From Candidatus Gastranaerophilaceae bacterium (GTDB lineage Bacteria > Cyanobacteriota > Vampirovibrionia > Gastranaerophilales > Gastranaerophilaceae), in assembly GCA_045616505.1 (NCBI GenBank), contig JAZLGV010000132.1, forward strand, positions 3,245-67,244: a stretch of DNA of 64,000 bases, given 5' to 3'. Shown piece by piece: positions 18,556-27,995 of this stretch. The notes beneath the pieces were generated by a model. The model did not search any database, had not been told where the DNA came from, and was given only the letters and a program-made list of their open reading frames with translations. The position numbers were made by a program, and so were the translations under genes. Position 1 is the first letter of the stretch. Each line of letters starts with the position of its first letter.

Positions 18556-20223
18556 TTAATATTTATAATTGATTTGACATGTTGTAATTGGTTGAGTGTA
18601 TTCAGCCTTGTTTATTGAATGGCTATCAACAATTACAGACGGTGGCATAATATAACCTTTGTAGTGTGCTTTACTCATTCGGTTAAAAAATTTATCTAGC
18701 CATTCTGTTTTTAATTCTTTTGAAATATTATTTTTTTCTTCATAAAAGAATTTTTCTTTTAGCATTTGTGAATAAGTTTGATTTTTTTCTTCTATTCTCC
18801 AAATTATTTCATCTAAAAATTCATAAGGCATAAGAGCTTCTTCTGCTTGTAATGGTTTTCCTGTTTTAGGATTTATTGCAAGTTCTGCTCCTGGTTTTTT
18901 TAAAATAATTGATTCAGGAATAGCATTTTTTTCTTCTCTGTTTTCGTTCATCCATCTTGCAAGCGCAAAAAGTTTTGTTTTTGTAACATCGCTGATTGGG
19001 GCAAAACCACCAGACATATCACCGTTTATCGTCGCATAACCCATGTAAAATTCTGATTTGTCACTTGTTGCAATTGGAATTGAAGATGCAAATTCGTTTG
19101 AAAGCCCAAAAAGAATTGTTGCTCTTGTTCTTGCTTGAATATTATCTTGTGCATAAGATTTTTCTAATTTTGCATTTTTAAAATGTTTTGAAGTATCTTC
19201 TATTAAAGGTTCTACGGCTTCGTTAAAAGGTTTTATCAAGTCTGCAATAGGAATTGTTGAAAAACCTATTCCTAAATTTTTTGCAAGTGTTTCCGCATCA
19301 GTTTTACTTTCACTGCTTGTGATTTTTGATGGCATACTTACCCCAAAAACATTTTCTTTTCCAAGTGCATCAGCTAGAATTACTGCACAAACTGTTGAAT
19401 CAAGTCCACCTGAAAGTCCTAAAATTGCTCTTTTAAGTCCACACGTTTTGAAATAACTGCGTGTTGCTTGGATTATTGTTTTGTATGTTCTTTCTAAATC
19501 ATTTGAATAATCAGTTGAAAAATTTTCTTTTTCGGCGGTTTTTTCAGAGCCTTTTGGAAGTGGGTTTATTTCTCCGCCTTGTTCTAAATTAGTTACTAAA
19601 ATATCTTCTTCAAAAGATTTTGCTCTTGCGATAACTTCACCTTTTTCGTTATAAATCCTGCTTGCTCCGTCATAAGAAAAATTATCAATAGCACCAACTT
19701 GATTTACGTAAATCAATGGTTTTTTATAGATTTGAGCAACTGTTAGTAATGTTTCGTTTCGTTCAAATTCAGCACCTGTTCTTGATAGAGTAGGAGTTAG
19801 GTTGATTATTGCATCTGTTTTTTCAATGTTTTCAAATGAAGAAAAAGAAATTAAATAATTTTTTCCATAAATTTCAACTATATTATCTGTTTCATCTTCC
19901 AAAATTATTTTTTTAATTTTTTTGTCTTGAATTATTGCATAAGTAGAAGTAAAATAGTCGTTTTCTTCTTTTATGTAACTTAAAATAACAGTTTTTGATG
20001 ATGTTTTTTGAGTAATTTTTTTTAGTGCTTCTTCGTTTTGTTTTACGATGAAAGGAAATCTTTCTATAACATCTTCTATGTGAGAACCTGTAAGAGCTAA
20101 ATGAGGAAAGATGATTATACTATTATCCTTTGCTTTTTCTATTATTTCAATTATTTTTTGTGCGTTTTTTTCAACAGCGCAGGGTATTGTACTAATTTGT
20201 GCAAGAATAATGTCATTATTCAT
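18556..20223 (-). CDS. nadE: NAD+ synthetase with an N-terminal CN-hydrolase-like domain
   Basis: The PP-loop motif GLSGGLDSTVCA and the C-terminal synthetase region are intact. The N-terminal domain aligns to the glutaminase domain but appears to lack the catalytic Glu and Cys. Confidence 0.9.
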   Translation of the reverse strand: MNNDIILAQISTIPCAVEKNAQKIIEIIEKAKDNSIIIFPHLALTGSHIEDVIERFPFIVKQNEEALKKITQKTSSKTVILSYIKEENDYFTSTYAIIQDKKIKKIILEDETDNIVEIYGKNYLISFSSFENIEKTDAIINLTPTLSRTGAEFERNETLLTVAQIYKKPLIYVNQVGAIDNFSYDGASRIYNEKGEVIARAKSFEEDILVTNLEQGGEINPLPKGSEKTAEKENFSTDYSNDLERTYKTIIQATRSYFKTCGLKRAILGLSGGLDSTVCAVILADALGKENVFGVSMPSKITSSESKTDAETLAKNLGIGFSTIPIADLIKPFNEAVEPLIEDTSKHFKNAKLEKSYAQDNIQARTRATILFGLSNEFASSIPIATSDKSEFYMGYATINGDMSGGFAPISDVTKTKLFALARWMNENREEKNAIPESIILKKPGAELAINPKTGKPLQAEEALMPYEFLDEIIWRIEEKNQTYSQMLKEKFFYEEKNNISKELKTEWLDKFFNRMSKAHYKGYIMPPSVIVDSHSINKAEYTQPITTCQINYKY

Positions 20224-21598
20224 TTTCTTTTATCCTTCTTTCAAGTTCTGATAATGAATTGTTTAATTCTGGTTTTAATTTTCTGTTATCTCTAATTTTT
20301 TCGTAATGAAAAAGTATTGTAGGGTGTTGTTTTTTAAAGAATGTAGCTATTTCTTTGTAACTTAAATCTAAAATTTCTCTAGCAAGATATATTGCTAATT
20401 GTCTAGGGTAAGAAATGCTTTGTTGTCTTGAAGAACTTTGCAATTCTTTTAATGTTACATTGAATTTTTCACAGATAATATCTGTTATAGTTTCGATAGT
20501 GATTTCTTTGTGTGATGAATTAATATTCAAAATCTCTGTTGCATTTGCAACATCGATTTTTGTATTCATTAAATTAGCATAGGCATTTAACTTGTTGTAA
20601 GCACCTTCAAGTTCTCTAACATTCTTTTTAAAATTAGTAGCAATAAGTGAAATTACGTCGTCTTGTAAAGTAAAATTATCTAAAATTGCCATATTTTTTA
20701 GAATTTTTGTACGAGTTTCAAAATCAGGTGGTGTTATTTCAAGTGTAAGTCCTCTTTCAAAACGTGATACAAGTCTTTCTGGGAGTGTAGGAATTTCTTT
20801 TGGAGGTCTATCTGATGCAATTACAATTTGTTTTGATTTGTTGTAAAGAGCGTCAAAAGTTTGGAAAAACGCATCAATAGATTTTCCTTTTGATTCTAAA
20901 AATTGAATGTCATCAACTAATAAAATATCTACGTTACTATATCTTCTTCTGAATTTGTCCATGTTTAATGTTCTGTCAGTAGTTTTTTGGTTTGCGTTTA
21001 AGATATAGTCATTTACATATTCTTCAGTTTTTACATATTTTACTTTTAGTTTTGGATTATTAAAAATTACATAATGTCCAATTGCTTGTAGCAAGTGGGT
21101 TTTTCCAAGACCTGAATTTCCGTATATAAAAAGTGGATTGTATTTTTGAGCTGGATTTTTTGCAACTTGTTGTGCTGCTTTAAATACAATTTCACTATTT
21201 GGACCTACTACGAAATTTTCAAATTTGAATTTTAAATTTAAATTTGTTGAACGCATTGTAGAAAGGCTATCTGGAAGAGCATCAGCTTTTGCTTTTTCGA
21301 TTTTTCTTTTTTCTTTTTGTTCTTCTTTTTCAAATTTTTCTTTTAATTTTTCATCATAAATAATTTCATATTTGATAAAATCGTTTAAATTTTTTTTAAA
21401 AGTTTTAATAATATCGCTGTTTTGATTTTTAATAAATTGTCTAGCGATAGAATGACCTGTTAAAAGGGTAAAAACACCATTTTCATAACTAATTGGTACA
21501 AGTGGTTTTATCCAAGGTTCAAAAGTAGATTCAGGAACTATTGATTTTAGTTCCTCTTTCACTTCTTCCCAAATTTGTTTAACTTCCGAAATTTCCAT
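20216..21598 (-). CDS. dnaA: chromosomal replication initiator DnaA
   Basis: It has Walker A GNSGLGKTHLLQAIG, Walker B LLVDDIQFL and the domain IV HTH region (SISYPRQLAIYLAREI). ATG 21598 (MEISEVKQIWE) is preferred. Confidence 0.95.
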   Translation of the reverse strand: MEISEVKQIWEEVKEELKSIVPESTFEPWIKPLVPISYENGVFTLLTGHSIARQFIKNQNSDIIKTFKKNLNDFIKYEIIYDEKLKEKFEKEEQKEKRKIEKAKADALPDSLSTMRSTNLNLKFKFENFVVGPNSEIVFKAAQQVAKNPAQKYNPLFIYGNSGLGKTHLLQAIGHYVIFNNPKLKVKYVKTEEYVNDYILNANQKTTDRTLNMDKFRRRYSNVDILLVDDIQFLESKGKSIDAFFQTFDALYNKSKQIVIASDRPPKEIPTLPERLVSRFERGLTLEITPPDFETRTKILKNMAILDNFTLQDDVISLIATNFKKNVRELEGAYNKLNAYANLMNTKIDVANATEILNINSSHKEITIETITDIICEKFNVTLKELQSSSRQQSISYPRQLAIYLAREILDLSYKEIATFFKKQHPTILFHYEKIRDNRKLKPELNNSLSELERRIKENE

Positions 21599-21631
21599 GC
21601 TTTTTATTCTACAACAAAAAAGCATGACTTT

Positions 21632-22990
21632 TTATTTTTTGTTTTTGCTTGAACGTTCACGAACGGAAATTCTAATCGGAGTTCCAAAAAATCCAAAAGC
21701 TTCTCTTAATTTGTTTTCAATATATCTTTTGTAATGGTCTTTTAAAAGGTCGCCATTATTTGTGAATAAAACAAATGTTGGTGGTTTTGTGTTTATTTGT
21801 GATGAATATAATATTTTTAATCTTTTATTTTTAACTGTTGAAGGTGGATTCATTGCGTAGGCTTCGTTTATAACTTTGTTTAAGATGCCTGTTGCAACTC
21901 TTTTTGAAGCTTGTTCATATACTTCAACTGCTTTGTCAAAAATTTGTGTAATTCTTTGTTTTGTTAATGCACTTATATATATTTTTGGAGCAAAACTTAA
22001 AAATGGGATGTCTTGTTCTAGTTTTTTATTGAATTTGTTTAATGTGTTTGATTGTTTTTCTTCTACTAAATCCCATTTGTTTACTGCAATAACAATACCT
22101 TTGCCTGCTTCAATGATTGTAGATGCGATTTTTTTATCTTGGTCTGCAAGTCCTTCTTTTGCATCGATTACTAAAATTGCTATATCACAATCTTTGATAG
22201 CTCTTATTGCTCTATCAACTGCAAACATTTCTACGCCAAAATCAACTTTTGATTTTTTTCTGATTCCTGCGGTATCAACTAAAATAAATTCTTGGTCTTT
22301 GTAAGTTATATATGAGTCTATACTATCTCTTGTTGTTCCTGAAACATCTGAAACAATAACTCTTTCTTTTTCTAAAAGAGCATTTACAATAGATGATTTA
22401 CCTGCATTAGGTCGTCCGACAATTGCAATTCTGATTTTGTCTTCTTCTTCTGTTTCTTCGTCTTGTTCAAAATCTTCTGTAACTAAATCAAGCAAATCAC
22501 CAACTCCACCTGAACCGTGAAGAGCTGAAATTGCAATAGGTTCTCCGATTGCAAGTGAATAGAAATCTGCAATCATAGTATTGTGTTGATTGTGTGAATC
22601 AATCTTGTTTACTGCTAAAAATACAGGCTTTTTAGTTCTTCTTAAAATGTTTGCAATATCTTCATCTGATGGTTGAACTCCGTCTTTGCCATCAACAAGG
22701 AATATAATTTTATCTGCTTCATCACAAGCAATTTGTGCTTGGTCATAGATTGAAAGCATTATTTCATCTTCATCCCCTGGAATTATACCGCCTGTATCAA
22801 TTACAGTAAAATTTTTGTGTTGCCATTCAACATCAAAATAAATTCTATCTCTTGTAACTCCTGGCATGTCATCGACAATAGATTGTCTTGTTCCGACAAG
22901 CCTGTTTACAAATGTAGATTTGCCTACATTTGGACGTCCTACTATTGCAACTATTGGTTTTCTTTTCATGGTTTTAATTATATCATGCAA
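21632..22990 (-). CDS. der: ribosome-associated GTPase Der (EngA)
   Basis: It has two G domains (GRPNVGKST / GRPNAGKSS, DTGG / DTAG, NKID / NKWD) and a KH-like C-terminus. An alternative start lies at 22969. Confidence 0.95.
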   Translation of the reverse strand: MHDIIKTMKRKPIVAIVGRPNVGKSTFVNRLVGTRQSIVDDMPGVTRDRIYFDVEWQHKNFTVIDTGGIIPGDEDEIMLSIYDQAQIACDEADKIIFLVDGKDGVQPSDEDIANILRRTKKPVFLAVNKIDSHNQHNTMIADFYSLAIGEPIAISALHGSGGVGDLLDLVTEDFEQDEETEEEDKIRIAIVGRPNAGKSSIVNALLEKERVIVSDVSGTTRDSIDSYITYKDQEFILVDTAGIRKKSKVDFGVEMFAVDRAIRAIKDCDIAILVIDAKEGLADQDKKIASTIIEAGKGIVIAVNKWDLVEEKQSNTLNKFNKKLEQDIPFLSFAPKIYISALTKQRITQIFDKAVEVYEQASKRVATGILNKVINEAYAMNPPSTVKNKRLKILYSSQINTKPPTFVLFTNNGDLLKDHYKRYIENKLREAFGFFGTPIRISVRERSSKNKK

Positions 22991-23083
22991 AAATTCATAT
23001 TAAAATAATATAAAAATATCAAGTTTTAATTATTATTTATATTATAATTATCTACATTGTAAGAGTGAAAAGAGGAGTTTATT

Positions 23084-23872
23084 ATGATTCATAGTTCTGC
23101 AATTATTGATAAATCTGCACAAATAGCAGAAGATGTAGAAATCGGACCAAATGTCATTATTGGTAAAAATGTTATTTTAAAAAGTGGTGTAAAAGTTTTA
23201 GGTAATGCTTATATCGAATGTGCTGAAGTTGGCGAAGGAACAATTATCAATCCATTCGCATCAGTTGGTACTGCACCTCAAGATTTAGGCTACAAAGGTG
23301 AAGATACAAAAGTTATTATCGGAAAAAATTGTTTGATAAAAGAAAATGTAACTATAAACAGAGCCGCTGCTTGTGGTGATTTTACAACAAGAGTTGGTGA
23401 TAAATGTTTATTAATGGTAGGCGCACACGTTGCTCATAACTGTATTTTGGAAGACGAAGTAATTATGGCAAACTTGGCTACAATCGGTGGTCATTGTCAA
23501 GTTGGTTATGGTGCATTTATTGGAGGTATGAGTGTTTTCCATCAAAACGTTAGAATTGGTAAAATGTCTATCGTAAGTGGTTTTTCTGCTGCAAGACAAG
23601 ATATCCTTCCATATAGTAAAGCTGACGGAAGACCTGCTTATCCAAATGGTTTAAATGTTGTAGGTATGAAACGTAGAGGTATTTCTCAAGAAGATAGAAC
23701 AATTTTAAATAGAGCATATAAAATTCTTGTTTCTCCTGAATATAATACAACTCAAGCAGTTGAAAAAGTAATTGCAGAAGTTGAAAAGAATAAATATGTA
23801 GATGAAGTAATTGAATTTATCAAATCTTCAAAAAGAGGTGTATCTCTAAAACGTACAAAACAAGCATTATAA
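23084..23872 (+). CDS. lpxA: acyl-ACP--UDP-N-acetylglucosamine O-acyltransferase
   Basis: It has left-handed beta-helix hexapeptide repeats followed by an LpxA C-terminal helical domain (NxVGMKRRG). The SD AGAGGAG lies upstream. Confidence 0.9.
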   Translation: MIHSSAIIDKSAQIAEDVEIGPNVIIGKNVILKSGVKVLGNAYIECAEVGEGTIINPFASVGTAPQDLGYKGEDTKVIIGKNCLIKENVTINRAAACGDFTTRVGDKCLLMVGAHVAHNCILEDEVIMANLATIGGHCQVGYGAFIGGMSVFHQNVRIGKMSIVSGFSAARQDILPYSKADGRPAYPNGLNVVGMKRRGISQEDRTILNRAYKILVSPEYNTTQAVEKVIAEVEKNKYVDEVIEFIKSSKRGVSLKRTKQAL

Positions 23873-23891
23873 TAAATATTAAGGAGAAAAA

Positions 23892-24995
23892 ATGAAAGAT
23901 ATTTGGGAAAAATATGCTTCTGTACTTGTAGATTATTCTGTTGATGTTCAAAAAGGTGATTTGACAGTTATCAGAGCAACAGGTCCAGATGCAGAACCAT
24001 TGGTGAAAGCTGTATATAAAAGAGTTTTAGAAAAAGGCGGAAATCCAGTTGTAAGAACTTCAATTTGTGATTTATCTGATATTTATATTAAATACGCATC
24101 AGATGAACAATTAGAATTTATTGACCCAATGTTAGAACTTGAATATCAAAAAGTTGATAAATATATTTCTATTGGCGCACCTTTGAATTTAAAATCAATG
24201 GCAAGAGCAAATAAGGAAAAATTAGCAAAACGTTCAGCTGCTACAAGAAGTTTATCTGAACTTTTGTTATCTCGTTCTGCAAAAGGTGAAGCTGCGTGGG
24301 TTATCGCTGATGTTCCAACAAATGCTTTGGCTCAAGAAGCAAAAATGTCATTAGATGAGTATTCTGAATTTTTGTTTAATGCGTGTTTTTTGAATTTGGA
24401 TAATCCTGTTGAAAGACTTAAAAAAATGGATGAAGAACAAACAAAATACGCAAATTATTTAGATAAATGTTCAAAAATCAGAATTGTTGGAGAAAAAACA
24501 GATATTACATTTAATACAAAAGGTAGAAAATGGATAAGCTGCGCAGGTAAAAATAATTATCCTGACGGCGAAGTTTTCACATCTCCGGTTGAAGATAGTG
24601 CCGAAGGCGAAATCTATTTTGATTTTCCAGCAATATATAGAGGAAATGAAGCTTCTAAAATTCATTTAAAACTTGAAAAAGGAAAAGTTGTAGAAGCTCA
24701 TGCAGAAAAAGGCGAAGAATTTTTACTTTCAATGTTAGATTTAGATGAAGGTGCAAGATTTGTCGGTGAAATTGCAATCGGTACAAATGAGATGGTACAA
24801 GATATAACAGGAAATATTTTGTTCGATGAAAAAATTGGCGGCGCAATTCACATGGCATGTGGTGCTTCTTATCCTGAAACAGGTGGAAAAAACGTATCAG
24901 GCTTACATTGGGATATTATCAAGAATATGAAAAATGGTGGAAAAATTTACGCCGATGATAAATTGATTTATGAAAATGGAAAATTCTTGATATAG
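23892..24995 (+). CDS. M29-family aminopeptidase (AmpS/PepS-like)
   Basis: N-terminal WEKYASVLVDYSV..KGD, DGEVFTSPVE and HMACG motifs are present. The SD AAGGAG lies upstream. Confidence 0.85.
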   Translation: MKDIWEKYASVLVDYSVDVQKGDLTVIRATGPDAEPLVKAVYKRVLEKGGNPVVRTSICDLSDIYIKYASDEQLEFIDPMLELEYQKVDKYISIGAPLNLKSMARANKEKLAKRSAATRSLSELLLSRSAKGEAAWVIADVPTNALAQEAKMSLDEYSEFLFNACFLNLDNPVERLKKMDEEQTKYANYLDKCSKIRIVGEKTDITFNTKGRKWISCAGKNNYPDGEVFTSPVEDSAEGEIYFDFPAIYRGNEASKIHLKLEKGKVVEAHAEKGEEFLLSMLDLDEGARFVGEIAIGTNEMVQDITGNILFDEKIGGAIHMACGASYPETGGKNVSGLHWDIIKNMKNGGKIYADDKLIYENGKFLI

Positions 24996-25017
24996 ATGTT
25001 TTAAATAGTGTTTAAAA

Positions 25018-25051
25018 GGGTCTGCGAATTTTATTCGCAGACCCTTTTTTT
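25018..25051 (+). terminator. rho-independent terminator after the M29 aminopeptidase gene
   Basis: The stem GGGTCTGCGAA / TTCGCAGACCC is followed by a run of seven T. Confidence 0.9.
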
Positions 25052-25056
25052 ATTTT

Positions 25057-25074
25057 ATAGACCAGATGGTCTAT
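25057..25074. promoter_or_regulatory. perfect 18-bp palindrome (candidate operator)
   Basis: ATAGACCAGATGGTCTAT lies immediately after the terminator at 25018-25051 and upstream of the AMIN-protein gene. Confidence 0.35.
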
Positions 25075-25192
25075 GAAAATTTTAAAAACTTAAATCTTAG
25101 GATTGATGTCATAGTGTGAAAAAAAATATATAGTTAGAATGTCAATAGGGAGAAGTTGAGTAATTAACTAACAGGAGTAAAAGTTTTTTAAA

Positions 25193-26344
25193 ATGTTGAT
25201 GAGTATGAAAAAGATTTTATTATTAGGAATAGCATGTATCGCACTTACTTGTGGAAAGGTTTTTGCAACAGAAAATGTTTTGCAAGCAATTCAAATCACA
25301 GGTGTTAAAGATAGTTATGATGTTATTTTAAAATCTGATGACGTAGCAGAAATCAAAAAAACTGTTCAAGCTCCAAACAAAATGATTATTCTTTTAAATG
25401 GTATTAGAGCTTCAAAAACAATTAATACAATTTATAACAATACTTCTTCTGTTGATAGTGTTGTTGTAGAACCAGTAACAGATGAATCTGTTAAAATTTT
25501 CATTCAAGCAGCAAATGTTCAAAATGCAAATATTCAATTTGATTCATTAAAAACTCCTTTAGGTGTTTTAAATAATTCACAAACTAATGAGCAAAAAGCT
25601 GCAAGTGAAATTTTATTGAGCGGACCTGTAACTTCATTTAGACCAATTGTAAAAGACGAAGAAGACGAAATTGATAGTTATTCATTGTCATCACTTATTT
25701 CTTATGTAAAAGGTTTGTTTGATGAAGACAAAGCAAGTTGGGCAATGACAATCGGTTTGCTTTTAGTATTGCTTTCAAGCATTGTGAAATTGAAAAAAAT
25801 GCAAAGTTCAGCTGCTAATAGAACATTGAGTCTAGGTGGTAATTTGCAACAACGTGAAATTGATATGTATCGTTCAAGAGTAAGAGAAGGTTTATCTCAA
25901 AATACGCAAGAATCATATAATCAAAATACGCAAAAACCTTCTTATAATGAACAAGCTTATGTTCCTCAAATGAGAGATGCTTCAAAATCAAATTATGGAT
26001 TGAAAACTTATCAAAACAGCACAAAAAGTCCATATATGACTCCAGAAGTTTCTCGTCCAAGATTGAATAACAACGCTTTTTCAACACCTGTAAAAACACC
26101 AGCAGCAGCTCCAAATGCTTTGCAACAAGCTGCTCAAGAAATTATCAAAAGAAATTCTGCAGCCAAAATGCAACAAGCTGCTACAAAAACTGTTTCAAAA
26201 CCAATTTCAGGTGCAAAATCAGCTCGTATTGATAGTATGAAATTTTTAGAAGATATTACAAAAATCTATGAAAATAGTGGTAGAGCAGATTTAGCACAAG
26301 GGTTGAAAAGTAATTATCAAAAAGCCAAAGCAGGCTTGAAATAA
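25193..26344 (+). CDS. AMIN-domain membrane-anchored protein with a Q/N/S-rich tail
   Basis: It has a Sec signal (KKILLLGIACIALTCGKVFA), an AMIN-like beta domain (IQITGVKDSYDVILKSDD...MIILLNGI...VKIFIQ), one TM segment and a low-complexity tail. Confidence 0.6.
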   Translation: MLMSMKKILLLGIACIALTCGKVFATENVLQAIQITGVKDSYDVILKSDDVAEIKKTVQAPNKMIILLNGIRASKTINTIYNNTSSVDSVVVEPVTDESVKIFIQAANVQNANIQFDSLKTPLGVLNNSQTNEQKAASEILLSGPVTSFRPIVKDEEDEIDSYSLSSLISYVKGLFDEDKASWAMTIGLLLVLLSSIVKLKKMQSSAANRTLSLGGNLQQREIDMYRSRVREGLSQNTQESYNQNTQKPSYNEQAYVPQMRDASKSNYGLKTYQNSTKSPYMTPEVSRPRLNNNAFSTPVKTPAAAPNALQQAAQEIIKRNSAAKMQQAATKTVSKPISGAKSARIDSMKFLEDITKIYENSGRADLAQGLKSNYQKAKAGLK

Positions 26345-26378
26345 AAGTTTTATTTTAAATATACTCAACATATTACGC

Positions 26379-26405
26379 GGGGGCTTATCAAGTCTCCTTT
26401 TTTTT
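26379..26405 (+). terminator. probable rho-independent terminator
   Basis: The stem GGGGGC / GTCTCC includes two G-U pairs and is followed by a run of eight T. Confidence 0.55.
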
Positions 26406-26485
26406 GCTTTTTTATTTAATTTAAATTTTTTATATTCATGATAAAATTATTAAGTAAATAATTTTAGTAATAAAAGGAATTGATA

Positions 26486-27985
26486 ATGGAAAAGAAAACA
26501 GAAACATTAACTCCAAAAGAAACAATAAGACAAGGCAGAATACAAAAACTTACAGAACTTGCTGATAAAGGCATTTGCCCATATCCATATACATTTGACA
26601 AAACAGCAGATGCACAAGAATTGCAAGACAAATATAAAGATTTAGCAGCAGGAGAAGAAACACAAGATGTTTATTCTGTCGCTGGTAGAATTATGGCAAT
26701 GAGAAACACAGGTATGTTTATCGATTTGCAAGATTCTTCAGGAAAAATTCAAATTTTCTGTCATAAAGAAAATATGCCAATAGAAATGGTAAAAATGTTA
26801 AAACTTGTAGATATTGGTGATATTGTTGGTTTTACAGGTACAATAAGAAGAACTCCACGTGGTGAGTTGTCAATCAAAGCTACAACTTATACTCTTCTTT
26901 CAAAAGCGTTATTATCATTACCTGAAAAATTCCATGGTTTGACAGACGTAGAAACAAAATACAGACAAAGATATGTTGATTTAATTGTAAATAAAGAAAC
27001 AAGAGATACTTTCAAAAAAAGAAGTTTGATTATTTCAAAAATAAGAGAGTTTTTGGCAAACAAAGGATATTTGGAAGTTGAAACTCCAATCTTGCAAACA
27101 GTTGCATCAGGTGCAAACGCAAGACCTTTCACAACACACCATAATGCTTTAGATATGGGCATGACAATGAGAATTGCTCTTGAACTATATTTGAAAAGAT
27201 TAATTGTTGGTGGTGTTTCTGAAAGAGTTTATGAAATCGGTAAATGTTTTAGAAATGAAGGTATAGATACAAGACATAATCCAGAATTTACTATGATAGA
27301 ACTTTATCAAGCTTATGCAGACTACAATGATATGATGGAATTGACAGAAAATATGGTTGCATTCGTAGCTCAAGAAGTTTTAGGAACAACAAAAATTAAA
27401 TATGGTGAAAATGAAATTGATTTAACTCCACCTTGGGATAGAAAAACTATGTTAGGTGCAGTACAAGAATATACAGGCTTAGACTTTAACGAATGTTTTA
27501 CAGCAGAAGAAGCTCGCAAAATGGCTGATTCAGTTGGTGTTCATGTTGAAGAAGATGATTGTTGGGGCAAAGTTATTGATAAAGTATTTGAAGAAAAAGT
27601 TGAACCTCATTTAATTCAACCAATTCACATTACTGATTATCCATTGGAAATTTCTCCATTAGCAAAAGTTCACAGAGATAATCCAAGATTAACAGAAAGA
27701 TTTGAAACACGTGTTAATGGTTGGGAAATTGCAAACGCATTCTCTGAACTTACAGATCCAATCGATCAAAGAAGCAGATTTGAAGCTCAAGCAAGAGAAA
27801 AAGCAAACGGTGATGAAGAAGCTATGGAACTTGATGATGACTTTATCGAAGCATTAGAATATGGTATGCCTCCAACAGGTGGTATGGGTATGGGAATTGA
27901 TAGATTAGTAATGTTGCTTACTGATTCTCAAACAATTCGTGATGTAATCGCATTCCCAACTATGAAAAAATTAGAAAATAATTAA
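26486..27985 (+). CDS. lysS: lysine--tRNA ligase, class II
   Basis: It has the OB-fold N-domain, class II motif 2 (FRNEGIDTRHNPEFTMIE) and motif 3 (GMGMGIDRLVMLL). Confidence 0.95.
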   Translation: MEKKTETLTPKETIRQGRIQKLTELADKGICPYPYTFDKTADAQELQDKYKDLAAGEETQDVYSVAGRIMAMRNTGMFIDLQDSSGKIQIFCHKENMPIEMVKMLKLVDIGDIVGFTGTIRRTPRGELSIKATTYTLLSKALLSLPEKFHGLTDVETKYRQRYVDLIVNKETRDTFKKRSLIISKIREFLANKGYLEVETPILQTVASGANARPFTTHHNALDMGMTMRIALELYLKRLIVGGVSERVYEIGKCFRNEGIDTRHNPEFTMIELYQAYADYNDMMELTENMVAFVAQEVLGTTKIKYGENEIDLTPPWDRKTMLGAVQEYTGLDFNECFTAEEARKMADSVGVHVEEDDCWGKVIDKVFEEKVEPHLIQPIHITDYPLEISPLAKVHRDNPRLTERFETRVNGWEIANAFSELTDPIDQRSRFEAQAREKANGDEEAMELDDDFIEALEYGMPPTGGMGMGIDRLVMLLTDSQTIRDVIAFPTMKKLENN

Positions 27986-27995
27986 GGTTTAAAAA

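Noticed and set aside
22991-23083. I considered oriC at the der/lpxA divergent spacer near dnaA.
   Set aside because: The spacer is only 93 bp and holds a single near-consensus DnaA box (TTATCTACA). I saw no box cluster or obvious DNA-unwinding repeats. The strand switch is reversed again 31 kb later, so it is a local feature. The question needs whole-genome skew and is kept only as context in a low-interest finding.
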